Of a stretch of DNA of 64,000 nt, positions 36,827 through 46,576 are shown one piece after another; position 1 is the stretch's first letter, and the number at the start of each line of letters is the position of its first letter. Both the position numbers and the translations under genes were made by a program. The notes under the pieces are model-generated. The model was not told the origin of the DNA. It saw only the letters and a program-made list of their open reading frames with translations, and searched no databases. Source of the stretch: an uncultured Thermodesulfobacteriota bacterium (GTDB lineage: Bacteria; Desulfobacterota; Desulfarculia; G963662305); NCBI GenBank assembly GCA_964634465.1, contig CAZWLY010000016.1:7771-71770 (forward strand), read 5' to 3'.

Positions 36827-38461
36827 GTGACCGACAGCACACAGACCATCCCCCAGGCCTTCGACGCTTTGGCGGCCAGGCATCCGGACAAGACGGCCGT
36901 CGTCTACCTGGGCACCGAGTTCAGTTACGGCCGCCTCAAGGCGATGGCCGAGCGCTTCGCCGCCGGCTTGGCGGCCAGGGGATTGGGGCCGGGAGACAAG
37001 GTCGTCATCTACCTGCCCAACTCCATCGCCTGGGTCGTCGCCTGGCTGGGCACGCTCAAGGCCGGGGCGACGGCGGTGCCGATCACGCCCATCTACACCT
37101 CGGTGGACGTGGAGTACATCGCCGGCGACACCGGCGCCAGGGCCATCGTCTGCGTGGACCGCAACTACGGCCACGTGATCAGAGCCCTGCCCAAGACGAA
37201 CATCGAGACGATCGTCACCTGCGGCCTGGCCGAGCTTTTGCCGGCCTGGAAGCGGTTCTTCGGTTGGGCGGCCGACATCGTGCCCAAGGGCAAGATCGGC
37301 CGGGAGAGCCACACCGTCAGGATCAGAAAGCTGATCGCCTCGGCCCCGGGGACGCCCCCTCGGGTGACGGCCGACCCGGACGAGACGGCCGAGATCCTCT
37401 ACACCGGCGGCACCACCCGCCACCCTAAAGGCGTGCCCATCTCCCACCGGCTGGTCATCGAGTGCTCCCGGGAGCAGCTCAACGTGCCGGCCCCGCTGTT
37501 TTCTCCCGAGGACAACGTCCTTCTGGGCTCGGCGCCGATGTTCCACATCCTGGGCCAGACCTGCGGCCTGGGCGCCTTGTTCACCTACGGCGGGACGATC
37601 ATCACCCTGCCCCGGGTCAATCTGGACGCCATGCTCGACGCCGCCCAACGCTACCGGGCGACGACCTTGATCGGCGTGCCGGCCCTGATGCGGATGATCC
37701 TGGAGCACGATCGGATCGACCAGTACGATTTGAGTTCGGTCGTGTTCTGTTTTTCCGGTGGCGACGTCATGCCCGACGAGGTGGCCAACCGCTGGCGGGA
37801 GAGATACGGCCGGCCGATCTTCATCGGCTACGGGGCGACCGAGACGGTGGGCGGGGTGGCCATGTGCCCCACCGACCGGGACAATCCTCCCGGCTCCATG
37901 GGTCGGGTCCTGCCAAGCAAGGAGATCAAGATCGTCAAGACCGACTCCGTCGAGGAGGTCGAGCCCGGCGAAGCGGGAGAGCTTCTGGTCCACTCCGAGC
38001 CGATGGTCGAGGCCTACTGGAACAAGCCCGAGGAGACGGCCGAGGCCTTCGTTACGATCGAGGGCAAACTGTGGTACCGGACCGGCGACGTGGTCAGAAT
38101 GGACGCCGACGGGTACCTCTACTTCCAGGACCGGACGGTGGACACCATCAAGCACAAGGGCTATCGGGTCTCGGCCTCGGAGATCGAGTGCGTCCTCCAG
38201 GAGCACCCGGCGGTCATCGCCGCTTGCGTCATCGGCCTGCCCGACGAGATGGTCGGCGAGCGGATCAAGGCTTTCGTGGTCTTGAAGAAGGACGTCAAGG
38301 GCGTTACCGGCTACGACCTCATCGCCCACTGCCGGGCCTCGCTGGCCAGCTACAAGGTGCCCCAGTACATCGAGTTCAGGGACATGCTGCCCAAGTCCAA
38401 GGTGGGCAAGCTCCTCAGACGGGAGATAAGGAGCGAGGAGGCCTCCCGCCAGGAGGGTTGA
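36827..38461 (+). CDS. AMP-forming acyl-CoA ligase (long-chain/aryl type), co-operonic with the Liv-type transporter
   Basis: 544 aa with a GTG start 13 bp after livF. Motifs YTGGTTRHPKG and GYGATETVG are present, and the C-terminus ends VGKLLRREIR. Confidence 0.85.
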   Translation: MTDSTQTIPQAFDALAARHPDKTAVVYLGTEFSYGRLKAMAERFAAGLAARGLGPGDKVVIYLPNSIAWVVAWLGTLKAGATAVPITPIYTSVDVEYIAGDTGARAIVCVDRNYGHVIRALPKTNIETIVTCGLAELLPAWKRFFGWAADIVPKGKIGRESHTVRIRKLIASAPGTPPRVTADPDETAEILYTGGTTRHPKGVPISHRLVIECSREQLNVPAPLFSPEDNVLLGSAPMFHILGQTCGLGALFTYGGTIITLPRVNLDAMLDAAQRYRATTLIGVPALMRMILEHDRIDQYDLSSVVFCFSGGDVMPDEVANRWRERYGRPIFIGYGATETVGGVAMCPTDRDNPPGSMGRVLPSKEIKIVKTDSVEEVEPGEAGELLVHSEPMVEAYWNKPEETAEAFVTIEGKLWYRTGDVVRMDADGYLYFQDRTVDTIKHKGYRVSASEIECVLQEHPAVIAACVIGLPDEMVGERIKAFVVLKKDVKGVTGYDLIAHCRASLASYKVPQYIEFRDMLPKSKVGKLLRREIRSEEASRQEG

Positions 38462-38496
38462 GCCTCGCCGGCTCGCTTCGCCGGAGTCGAATGAAC

Positions 38497-38539
38497 GACC
38501 CCGCCGCCGGCGAGGGGGTATCGGCGGCGGAGGCGAGTC
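38497..38539 (+). terminator. Intrinsic terminator (GC stem CCGCCGCCG..CGGCGGCGG followed by T8) between the convergent ligase and URO-D-family genes
   Basis: A 9-bp GC stem with a 12-nt loop is followed within 10 nt by TTTTTTTT (38532-38539). Confidence 0.45.
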
Positions 38540-38598
38540 GTTTTTTTTCGCCGCAAGCTAGGGGGGAGGAAGCCCCCGTGGGAGATGACCCCCTGGGG

Positions 38599-39621
38599 TC
38601 AACCGGCGCCCTTGAGCGACATCAACGCCTCGACATTCTCGTACGGCGTCTCCTTGGGGAAGTCGCAGCCCACGGTCAGGATGTAACCGGGGGCGTCGCC
38701 CCAGGCGGCGAGACAGGCCCGACCTTCGGCCCGGACCGCCTCGGGCGGGCCGGTCAGGAAGGCGCCGGTCGGGGAGACGTTGCCGGCGACGCAGACCCGA
38801 CCGCCCAGAACCTCCTTGGCCCGTCCGAGATCGACCTTGGCCTCCAGGCTGAAGGCGGTCGGGGCGATTTCTCGCACCTGGGGCAGAATCCGGCTCGAAT
38901 CGCCGCAGATGTGGATCATCGAGTACTTGCCGATCTTCTCGGCCCGGCCGATCAGCTCCTTGAGGGCCGGGGCGACGAACCGCTCGAAGGTCTCCGGTGA
39001 GATCATGTCGCCCGAGGCCACCGGCTCGGACAGGTTGAGGCCGCCGATGCCGGGGTGGGCCATGATCCGCTCCGAGACGGCCCAGTTGAGCTCGGTGCAG
39101 AATTCGATCAGGGCGGTAAGCTTTTCGGGCTCCTTGAGAGTGGCCATCATCAGCGCCTCCGGGCCCACCAGCCGGGCGGCGGTGGTGAACGGCCCCCACT
39201 GGGTGGCCAGGATCATGCACTCATCGCCGACGGCCTCGGCCACCAGGTGATGGGAGGCGATGATGGCCCGCATGACCGGGTGATCCAGGACCGCTTCCAG
39301 GTTCAAGGACTCGACCCGGTCGAGGTCGGTGAGGGCCGGGCCGGTGAGGGCCGGCGACGAGGAGGTTTCGTCCTCGATGGGGCAGCCCAGGAGATGGGCC
39401 GGATAGTTCAACAGTCCGGCCCCGGTCCAGATCAGGTCCGGACCCAGTTTTCGCTGAGCCTCGATGAAGCACTCGGCGATGGCCCTGGCGTCGGTCTTTA
39501 TCTCGGCGAATCTCCGGCCGACCTGGTTGACGTACCACTCTCCGCCGGCGATGAGGGCCACCGGCGTCCGAGGCGGTCGTCGGTGTTCAAAGGCCGCGGT
39601 GACGATCTCCTTGCCGGTCAT
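38599..39621 (-). CDS. Uroporphyrinogen-decarboxylase (URO-D) family protein, MtaA/CmuA-like methyltransferase type
   Basis: 340 aa. It has a URO-D/MtaA-family TIM-barrel sequence, and the protein is longer than the N-terminal parts I could recall of true HemE. Confidence 0.75.
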   Translation of the reverse strand: MTGKEIVTAAFEHRRPPRTPVALIAGGEWYVNQVGRRFAEIKTDARAIAECFIEAQRKLGPDLIWTGAGLLNYPAHLLGCPIEDETSSSPALTGPALTDLDRVESLNLEAVLDHPVMRAIIASHHLVAEAVGDECMILATQWGPFTTAARLVGPEALMMATLKEPEKLTALIEFCTELNWAVSERIMAHPGIGGLNLSEPVASGDMISPETFERFVAPALKELIGRAEKIGKYSMIHICGDSSRILPQVREIAPTAFSLEAKVDLGRAKEVLGGRVCVAGNVSPTGAFLTGPPEAVRAEGRACLAAWGDAPGYILTVGCDFPKETPYENVEALMSLKGAG

Positions 39622-39721
39622 CTTTTCTCCCCTCCAAGGGTGACGAAGGGTCTTTTAAAAGTAGCGGCGAAAGACGCCCGCCCGGCTTCGCCCGATCGAA
39701 TTCCGGTCTTTTCATCCCGGC

Positions 39722-40651
39722 CTAGAAGCCGACTGCTCCGGCTCCCTTCAAGTCCAGCATCCGCCGGGCCTCGTCGGGCTCGGCCACGCTTCGGCCCAGC
39801 GTCCCGGCCAGGCGAACGTATTTTTCGACCACCTGGGCGTTGGACTCGGCCAGCACGCCGGGGCGGATATGGATATTATCCTCCAGACCGACTCGGATGT
39901 GGCCGCCCAAGTCGATGGCCAGCGGCATCAGGTTGAATTCGCCCCAGCCGACCATGCCGCTTACCGACCAGGTGAAGTTTTCGGCTCCGAAGAGCTTCTC
40001 GGCCTTGGTCTTCAAGAATATCATATCCTCGGCCTCGGCCCGGACGGCGCCCAGAAGACCCATCACGAACTCTATGTGGAACGGCGGCCCGATCAATCCC
40101 TGCTCGACCAGATGGGCCAGGTTGTAGAGGTGGGTCAGACCGAACATCTCCAGTTCGGCCCGGACCGAGTGCCGGCGGAAAACGCCGCAGATATACTCGC
40201 ACTCGGCGAAGGTGTTCTTGTAGATGAAGTCGCGGGAGGCGTCGAGGAACTCGGGCTCCCAATCGTGCTTCCACTCGGCGACGACCTCCAGCCGGTCGTG
40301 GAAGGAGTAGTTGTTGGAGCCGGGCACGAAGGCGGCCATCTCGGGTTTGAAGCGGATCACGTTGGCCAGCCGCTCTTCGACCGGCGTCTCCGGCGCGCCG
40401 GGGGTGGTCAAGGAGATGACGACGTCCGAGCGCTTCTTGATCGACTCCAGCACCGGCAAGAAGTGCTCGGGGTCGTTGGACGGCCGGCCGGTTTGGGGAT
40501 GGCGGGCGTGGAGGTGGACGATGGCCGCCCCGGCCTCGGCCGCGGCCACGGCCGAGTCGGCGATCTGGGCCGGGGTGATCGGCAGGTGGGGGCTCATCGA
40601 CGGCACGTTGCCGCCGCCGGTGACGGCCGCGGTGATGATCAGCGGCTCCAC
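39722..40651 (-). CDS. Beta-keto acid cleavage enzyme (BKACE / 3-keto-5-aminohexanoate cleavage enzyme family, DUF849)
   Basis: 309 aa. MEPLIITAAVTGGG... with the characteristic BKACE TIM barrel and Zn-binding His residues (HLHARHP). Confidence 0.8.
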   Translation of the reverse strand: MEPLIITAAVTGGGNVPSMSPHLPITPAQIADSAVAAAEAGAAIVHLHARHPQTGRPSNDPEHFLPVLESIKKRSDVVISLTTPGAPETPVEERLANVIRFKPEMAAFVPGSNNYSFHDRLEVVAEWKHDWEPEFLDASRDFIYKNTFAECEYICGVFRRHSVRAELEMFGLTHLYNLAHLVEQGLIGPPFHIEFVMGLLGAVRAEAEDMIFLKTKAEKLFGAENFTWSVSGMVGWGEFNLMPLAIDLGGHIRVGLEDNIHIRPGVLAESNAQVVEKYVRLAGTLGRSVAEPDEARRMLDLKGAGAVGF

Positions 40652-40762
40652 GGGCGAAACCTCCAGTCGGCGCGGCGCCTCACAGATGGGCTCCCCTCTC
40701 GCGGACGGGGTCTTTCAACCGACCCGCCGGGGCAATGATTCAAGATTCTTCCGATTTGCACT

Positions 40763-41836
40763 CTAGTCGAAGACCACCGCCGCCTTGATGAAGCCCGGGG
40801 GCGGGTCGGCCGTATCCGCCAGGGCCCGGGCCAGATCTTCGAGCTTGTAGTGGAAGTTGTTTATCTTTTCAAAGGGGTAGGCCCCGGAGTTGATCAACTT
40901 CATCGCGTCGGCCACGTTGCCGGCCTGGCCCTTGCCGGTGGCGACGGTGATGTCCCGCCAGACCAACTCGTCGAAGGCGATGGGCGTCTCCTTGCCGCCG
41001 GAAAGCCCGATTACGACCACCCGGCCCGAGGTCCGGACCAGCTTGAAGGCGGTCTGAATGGCCGAGGGTGCGCCCGAGGTCTCGACGACCACGTCGGGCC
41101 GGTCGCCGAGAAGTTCCGGGACCTTTTCCAGCGGGTCGTCCACGTCCACCCGCACGAGGTGATCGACGCCCATCTCCCTGGCCAGCTCGAAGCGGGCCTC
41201 GTCACGGCCCAGGCCCAGCATGACCACCGGCCCCACCCCAGCCTCCTTGGCCGCGGCCAGGGCGCAGAGCCCCTGAGAGCCGGCCCCGGAGATGACCAGA
41301 CTCTGGCCGAAGCCCATCCGGCCCAGGGTCTTGATCCAGCGCACGCCGTTGCCGACCACCGACGACAGGCTGCCGGCCAGGTCGGGCGCGCCGGGGGCCA
41401 ACTTGTGGACGATCGTGCCCGGAACCAGGTAGACGTACTCCGAGTAGCCGCCGAAGAGGTGGGGCGGCGTATCCGAGGCCAGGGAGATGCCATACAGCCC
41501 GCCGTCGGGGCAGTTGTGGTAGTGGTGGTCGCTCCGGCACCAATCGCACCGGCCGCAGGGGATGTAGGGCTCGGGCGTGACCCGATCGCCGACCTTGAGT
41601 CCGTAGGCCGCCGCCGCTTCGGGGCCGATATCGACCACCTCGCCGGCGAACTCGTGGCCCATGATGACCGGGTAGCGGCCGAGGGGGGTCTGGCCGTGGA
41701 AGACCTTGAGGTCGGTCGAGCAGACCGAGGTGACCCTGGTCTTGATCAGGACCTGGTCGTCGGCCGGCGCAACCACCTCGAACTCTTCGAGCTCCAACCG
41801 GTTGGGCTCGACCACCACCATCGCCTTGGCTTTCAT
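40763..41836 (-). CDS. Zn-dependent alcohol dehydrogenase (MDR family; butanediol/threonine/sorbitol dehydrogenase-like)
   Basis: 357 aa. The catalytic Zn site is CSTDLKVFHG...GHEFAG, the structural Zn site is CGRCDWC, and a Rossmann motif GAGSQG is present. Confidence 0.85.
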   Translation of the reverse strand: MKAKAMVVVEPNRLELEEFEVVAPADDQVLIKTRVTSVCSTDLKVFHGQTPLGRYPVIMGHEFAGEVVDIGPEAAAAYGLKVGDRVTPEPYIPCGRCDWCRSDHHYHNCPDGGLYGISLASDTPPHLFGGYSEYVYLVPGTIVHKLAPGAPDLAGSLSSVVGNGVRWIKTLGRMGFGQSLVISGAGSQGLCALAAAKEAGVGPVVMLGLGRDEARFELAREMGVDHLVRVDVDDPLEKVPELLGDRPDVVVETSGAPSAIQTAFKLVRTSGRVVVIGLSGGKETPIAFDELVWRDITVATGKGQAGNVADAMKLINSGAYPFEKINNFHYKLEDLARALADTADPPPGFIKAAVVFD

Positions 41837-41873
41837 GTCCGCCTCCCTTGGGTCGGTCAGAACCGGCGTTCGT

Positions 41874-43244
41874 TCATCGGGGCAGATAGATGGCCCAGCC
41901 CAACGCCTCCCGGGCCGCCTCGGCCAGCGATTCGGCGATGGTCGGATGGGGCATCACCGACCGGGCCAGATCCTCCAACGTCGCCTCCATCTGGATGGCC
42001 AGGGCGGCCGCTGTGATGATCTCGGTGGCGAACGGGGCCAGGATGTGAACGCCCAACAGCTCCCCGTACTTGGCCTCGCCGACGACCTTGATGACGCCGT
42101 TGCTCTGACCCTGGATCATGGCCATCGGGCTGACGCCCAGGCTCGCCTCGCCGGTGATGACGTCGAAGTCCATCGCCTCGGCCTCGTCTTCGGTCAGTCC
42201 GACCGAGGCCGCCTGGGGCCGGGTGTAGGCTATCCTGGGCACGGCGTTGGGATTGTAGGCGACCTTCCCGCCCAGGGCGTTTTCGGCGGCGACGATGCCC
42301 AAGGCGGAGGAGCGGTGCGACAGGGCCGGGCCGTCGCCGGTTACGTCGCCGACCGACCAGATCCCTGGAGCTTTGGTCGCCAGGTATCCATCGACGCTCA
42401 AGTCTTCGAGTCCGACCGTCTCCAGGCCCAGGCCGCCGAGCGCCGGTCGCCGCTCGAGGTAGATCACCCGGTCGAAGGTCCGCTCCTCCGTCCGGCCTCG
42501 AACCGAGAGCGTCGCCTTCAGCCCGTCGCCGGCCGCGGTCACCGATTCCACCCGGCAGGAATTGAGGATGGTCAGCAGCTCGACGTTGATGATGCTTCTG
42601 AGCCGCTGGCTGATCTCCTGATCCATCTCCGGCAGGATGTTCCGGCCGGCCTCGGCCACGACCGCCTGGCCGCCGGCGGCGACGAGGAACTGGGCCAGTT
42701 CCAGGGCCCAGGGCCCGCCCTCCAAGATCAGCGTCCGCCGGGGCAGCTTCTCTTCTTCCAGGAACTGGGTCGAGTTGATGACGCCCTCCAGGTCCGCGCC
42801 CGGAAATTCGGGCTTCACCCACTCCGAACCGGTGGCGACGATGATCGATTCGGTCTGGTAGAGCTCGTCGCCGACGGCGATCTTGCCCGGCCCCTCGAGC
42901 CTGCCCCGACCTTCGATCAGGGTCACGCCGTGGGACTCGGCCAGGCCCTTGGTTCCCAGGCTGAAGTAGCCGACCAGTTCGTTCTTGAGCCCCCACAGGG
43001 CCGCCTCGTCAAGCTCGGCCGCGGCGGTCTTGAAGCCGAAATCGGCCGCCGTCTTGATCGTCTCCAGGCGATCGAGGGTGGCGGCCAGAAGCTTGGTCGG
43101 AACGCAGGCCCGGTTCAGGCACAATCCGCCCCACTGGCCGTCCTCGATGAGACCGACCTTGGCCCCCAGTTGGCTGCCCCGGATGGCCGCGGCCACGCCG
43201 CCGGGGCCGCCGCCCAGGATGAGCAAGTCGAAAGTTTCCGGCAT
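41874..43244 (-). CDS. lpdA: Dihydrolipoyl dehydrogenase (E3)
   Basis: 456 aa. FAD motif GGGPGG and the redox-active disulfide GGLCLNRACVPTK are present. Confidence 0.9.
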   Translation of the reverse strand: MPETFDLLILGGGPGGVAAAIRGSQLGAKVGLIEDGQWGGLCLNRACVPTKLLAATLDRLETIKTAADFGFKTAAAELDEAALWGLKNELVGYFSLGTKGLAESHGVTLIEGRGRLEGPGKIAVGDELYQTESIIVATGSEWVKPEFPGADLEGVINSTQFLEEEKLPRRTLILEGGPWALELAQFLVAAGGQAVVAEAGRNILPEMDQEISQRLRSIINVELLTILNSCRVESVTAAGDGLKATLSVRGRTEERTFDRVIYLERRPALGGLGLETVGLEDLSVDGYLATKAPGIWSVGDVTGDGPALSHRSSALGIVAAENALGGKVAYNPNAVPRIAYTRPQAASVGLTEDEAEAMDFDVITGEASLGVSPMAMIQGQSNGVIKVVGEAKYGELLGVHILAPFATEIITAAALAIQMEATLEDLARSVMPHPTIAESLAEAAREALGWAIYLPR

Positions 43245-43254
43245 CTTGTCCTCG

Positions 43255-44490
43255 CTATAACATCAGGAGCGGCTGCTCGATCAACTCCTTGATGGTCTTC
43301 AGGAAGGCCGCGCCCGGCGCGCCGTCGATGATCCGGTGATCGAAGCTGAGGCTCAAGGCCAGCCGCGGCTCGACGACCACTTGGCCGTCTTTGGCCGTCG
43401 GCTTGTCCACGATCCGGCCCACGCCCAGGATGGCGCTCTCCGGGTTGTTGACGATGGGGGTGAACTGGTCCACCTCCCAGGCGCCGAGGTTGGTCAGGGT
43501 GAAGGTCCCGGCGGCCAGGTCGTCGGGCATCAGCCGGCCGTCTTTGGCCGCTCCGAGGAGCCGGTCCAGCTCGGCCTGGATCTCCCGGATCGACCTGGCG
43601 TCGGCGTGGCGGATTTTGGGGACGATCAGCCCCTGGCCCAGATCGACGGCCACGCCGACGTGGATCTGCCGCCAGATTTTGATCACCTCGCCCTCCACGC
43701 TGGCGTTGAGCCGGGGATGGCGCTTCAGGGCTTGGGCGATGACCTTGGCCAGGATGGCGTTGTAGCCGACCTTGACCCCCTCGCCGGCCGCCTGGTTGAG
43801 CTTCCGGCGAAGCTCGACCAGTTCCACGGCCGAGGCCTCGGTGTGGAGGGTCAACTGGGCCTGGGTGGTCAGGCTCAAATGCATGTTCTTGAAGATCACC
43901 TTGCGCACGCCGGTGATGGGGATCTCCTCGGCGACGCTCAGAAGCTCGCCCTCGGCCGCGGCGAGTTCCGGAACCGCCGCGGCCGGCCCGCCGGTCTCCA
44001 GGGCCTTCAGGATGTCGGCCCTGACGATTCGACCGCCGGGACCTGAGCCGGCAACGGCGGCCAGGTCGAGGCCGTGCTTTCTGGCCATCGCCCTGGCCAG
44101 GGGCGAGGCCTTGATCCGGCCGTCGGAGGCGGCCGGAGCGTTCGGGGCGCTCGGCCCGGCCGCCGGGGCGTCGGCCGGGCGTCGGGACGGGGCGACCGCA
44201 GCTTCGGGCGGTTCCACGGCCGGCTGTTCGGCCTGGAGCTTTTCGAGCTCCGCCTCGTCGACGGCCAGGTAGCCGATCACCTGACCGACCTTGATCGTTT
44301 CGCCCGGCGCGGCCAGGGGGTGAAGGAGCCCGTCGCCGGGCGAGGGCATTTCGTAGGAGACCTTGTCCGTCTCCAGGATGAGGACGATCTCGTCCTCCTT
44401 GACCAGCTCGCCCGGGGCGAAGTTCCACTTGGTTAGGGTGGCCTCCTCCATGGTCAGGCCCAACTTGGGGACTTGGATCTCTATGGCCAT
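43255..44490 (-). CDS. Dihydrolipoamide acyltransferase (E2) with a single lipoyl domain (acetoin/2-oxo-acid dehydrogenase type)
   Basis: 411 aa. The lipoyl-lysine motif is ETDKVSYE, and the catalytic domain ends DHRIIDGAPGAAF. Confidence 0.9.
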   Translation of the reverse strand: MAIEIQVPKLGLTMEEATLTKWNFAPGELVKEDEIVLILETDKVSYEMPSPGDGLLHPLAAPGETIKVGQVIGYLAVDEAELEKLQAEQPAVEPPEAAVAPSRRPADAPAAGPSAPNAPAASDGRIKASPLARAMARKHGLDLAAVAGSGPGGRIVRADILKALETGGPAAAVPELAAAEGELLSVAEEIPITGVRKVIFKNMHLSLTTQAQLTLHTEASAVELVELRRKLNQAAGEGVKVGYNAILAKVIAQALKRHPRLNASVEGEVIKIWRQIHVGVAVDLGQGLIVPKIRHADARSIREIQAELDRLLGAAKDGRLMPDDLAAGTFTLTNLGAWEVDQFTPIVNNPESAILGVGRIVDKPTAKDGQVVVEPRLALSLSFDHRIIDGAPGAAFLKTIKELIEQPLLML

Positions 44491-44502
44491 GTCAGCTCCC
44501 GT

Positions 44503-45486
44503 CTATCTGTAGGCCGCGGCCTTGGCCGCCTCGACCACCTCGGCCACGCCGGGCAGGACGAAGTCCTCCAAGGGCGGCGAGAAGGGGATGGGCACGTCCT
44601 TGGCCCCGACCCGACCGATGGGCGCGTCGAGGTAGTCGAACAACTCGTGCTGGATTCGGGCCGCCAGCTCCGCCCCGAAACCGCCGGTCAGACAGGCCTC
44701 GTGGACGATGACCGCCCGGAAGGTTTTCTTGATCGAGGCGGCCACGGTCTCCATGTCCAGCGGTTTGAGCGAGCGCAGATCGACGATCTCGGCCGAGATG
44801 TCCATCTTGGCCAACTCCTCGGCCGCCTCCAGACACAGGTAGAAGCCCGAGCCGTAGGTCAACAGCGAGACGTCTTGTCCCTGGCGCTTGATCGCCGCCC
44901 GGCCCAGGGGGATTATGAACTCCGGGTCCTCGGGCACCGGGCCCTCCTTGGCGAAAAGGCGCTTGTGCTGGAAGAACATCACCGGGTCGTCGTCGCGGAT
45001 GGCGGCCTTGATCAACCCCTTGACGTCCCTCGGCTCCGAGGGCACGACTACTTTGACGCCCGGCGTGTGGACGAACCACGACTCCAGCGACTGGGAGTGC
45101 TGGGCGGCGGCCCTCAAGCCCGCTCCGTCCGGGCACCAGACCACCATCGGCAGCTTGACCTGACCGCCGAACATGTAGCGGATCTTGGCCGCCTGGTTGC
45201 AGAGCTCGTCCATGCCGCAGGTGACGAAGTCGGAGAAATGAAAATCGACGAAGGGGCGCATGCCGGTCAAGGCCGCGCCGACGCCGCAGCCGGCGATGCA
45301 GGTCTCGGAGATGGGCGTATCCAGAATCCGGCCCGGAAAGGCCTCGGGGAGACCCTTGAACTGGCCGAAGATGCCGGCGTGGGCGACCAGGTCTTCGCCC
45401 AGGATGAAGATGGTCTCATCCTGGCTCATCTCTTCGTGGAGGGCCTCGGCCAGGGCGGCTGAACTGCTCAGTATTCTCTCGGACAT
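44503..45486 (-). CDS. 2-oxo-acid/acetoin dehydrogenase E1 beta subunit
   Basis: 327 aa with transketolase-like pyrimidine-binding and C-terminal domains. Confidence 0.9.
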   Translation of the reverse strand: MSERILSSSAALAEALHEEMSQDETIFILGEDLVAHAGIFGQFKGLPEAFPGRILDTPISETCIAGCGVGAALTGMRPFVDFHFSDFVTCGMDELCNQAAKIRYMFGGQVKLPMVVWCPDGAGLRAAAQHSQSLESWFVHTPGVKVVVPSEPRDVKGLIKAAIRDDDPVMFFQHKRLFAKEGPVPEDPEFIIPLGRAAIKRQGQDVSLLTYGSGFYLCLEAAEELAKMDISAEIVDLRSLKPLDMETVAASIKKTFRAVIVHEACLTGGFGAELAARIQHELFDYLDAPIGRVGAKDVPIPFSPPLEDFVLPGVAEVVEAAKAAAYR

Positions 45487-45496
45487 GGCGCCCCCT

Positions 45497-46483
45497 TTAC
45501 GGATTCACGAACAGATCTTCGAGCGCCTCTTCCGGCCGGGGGAAGGGGCTCTCCTGGGCGAAGGCCACGGCCGCCTCCAGCTCGGCGGCGACCTCGTCCC
45601 AGATCTGTCGTGACTTCTTCTTGGTCAGAATTCTTTTTTTGGTCAGCGTCTTGGCGAAGCGGTTGATGGGGTCGTTCTCGTTTCGCCAGGTCTCCACCTC
45701 TGCCTCCTCCCGGTACTTCTGGGGGTCGCCCTCGAAGTGGCCCCGAATCCGGTAGGTCTTGTTCTCGATCAGGGTCGGCCCCTGGCCGGCCCGGGCCCGC
45801 TCGACCGCTTCGAGCGCCGCCCGGCGCACGGCCAGGACGTCGTTGCCGTCCACGGCCACGCCGGGGATGTCGTAGCCGGCCGCCCGGACGCAGATGTCGC
45901 CCACGGCGCAGGCGTAGCTCTGGGGCGTGGTCGAGGCGTATTGGTTGTTCTCGACGACGAAGATGACCGGCAGCTTCCAGATGGAGCACATGTTCATCGC
46001 CTCGTGGACCGGCCCCCGGTTCGCGGCGCCGTCGCCGAAGAAGCAGACCGCCACCTGATCGGTCTTACGCAGCTTGATCGACAGCCCGGCCCCGGTGATG
46101 ATCGGCAGCCCGCCGGCGACCACGCCGTTGGCGCCGAGGATGCCGATGGAGAAGTCGGCGATGTGCATCGAGCCGCCCTTGCCCTTGCAGTAGCCGGTCG
46201 CCTTGCCGAACAGCTCGGCGACCATCTTGTTCAAGTCGGCCCCCTTGGCGATCATGTGACCGTGGCCCCGGTGGGTGGTGGCCACGTAGTCGTCGGGTCT
46301 CAGAGTCGAACAGACCCCGACCGACGAGGCCTCCTGGCCGATGGAGAGATGGATGAAGCCGGGGATCTCTCCGGCGGCGAAGTATTCCCCGGCCATGGTC
46401 TCGAACTGGCGGACTTTAACCATGGTCCGATAGAGTTCGAGCAGGGTCTTGGAATCATCGGGCATACGCGCCTCCTCGCTCAA
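45497..46483 (-). CDS. 2-oxo-acid/acetoin dehydrogenase E1 alpha subunit (TPP-binding)
   Basis: 328 aa. A TPP motif of the type GDGAANRGPVHEAMN is present. The short E1 alpha length resembles AcoA. Confidence 0.9.
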   Translation of the reverse strand: MSEEARMPDDSKTLLELYRTMVKVRQFETMAGEYFAAGEIPGFIHLSIGQEASSVGVCSTLRPDDYVATTHRGHGHMIAKGADLNKMVAELFGKATGYCKGKGGSMHIADFSIGILGANGVVAGGLPIITGAGLSIKLRKTDQVAVCFFGDGAANRGPVHEAMNMCSIWKLPVIFVVENNQYASTTPQSYACAVGDICVRAAGYDIPGVAVDGNDVLAVRRAALEAVERARAGQGPTLIENKTYRIRGHFEGDPQKYREEAEVETWRNENDPINRFAKTLTKKRILTKKKSRQIWDEVAAELEAAVAFAQESPFPRPEEALEDLFVNP

Positions 46484-46576
46484 GGGTCAAAAAGACCCGG
46501 CCGCTGTTCGCGTCAAGTTTTCGTCAAGCCGCTCTCGCGCCTCGAAACAGGAAGACCGGCCGCTTGGGCCGGTCGG

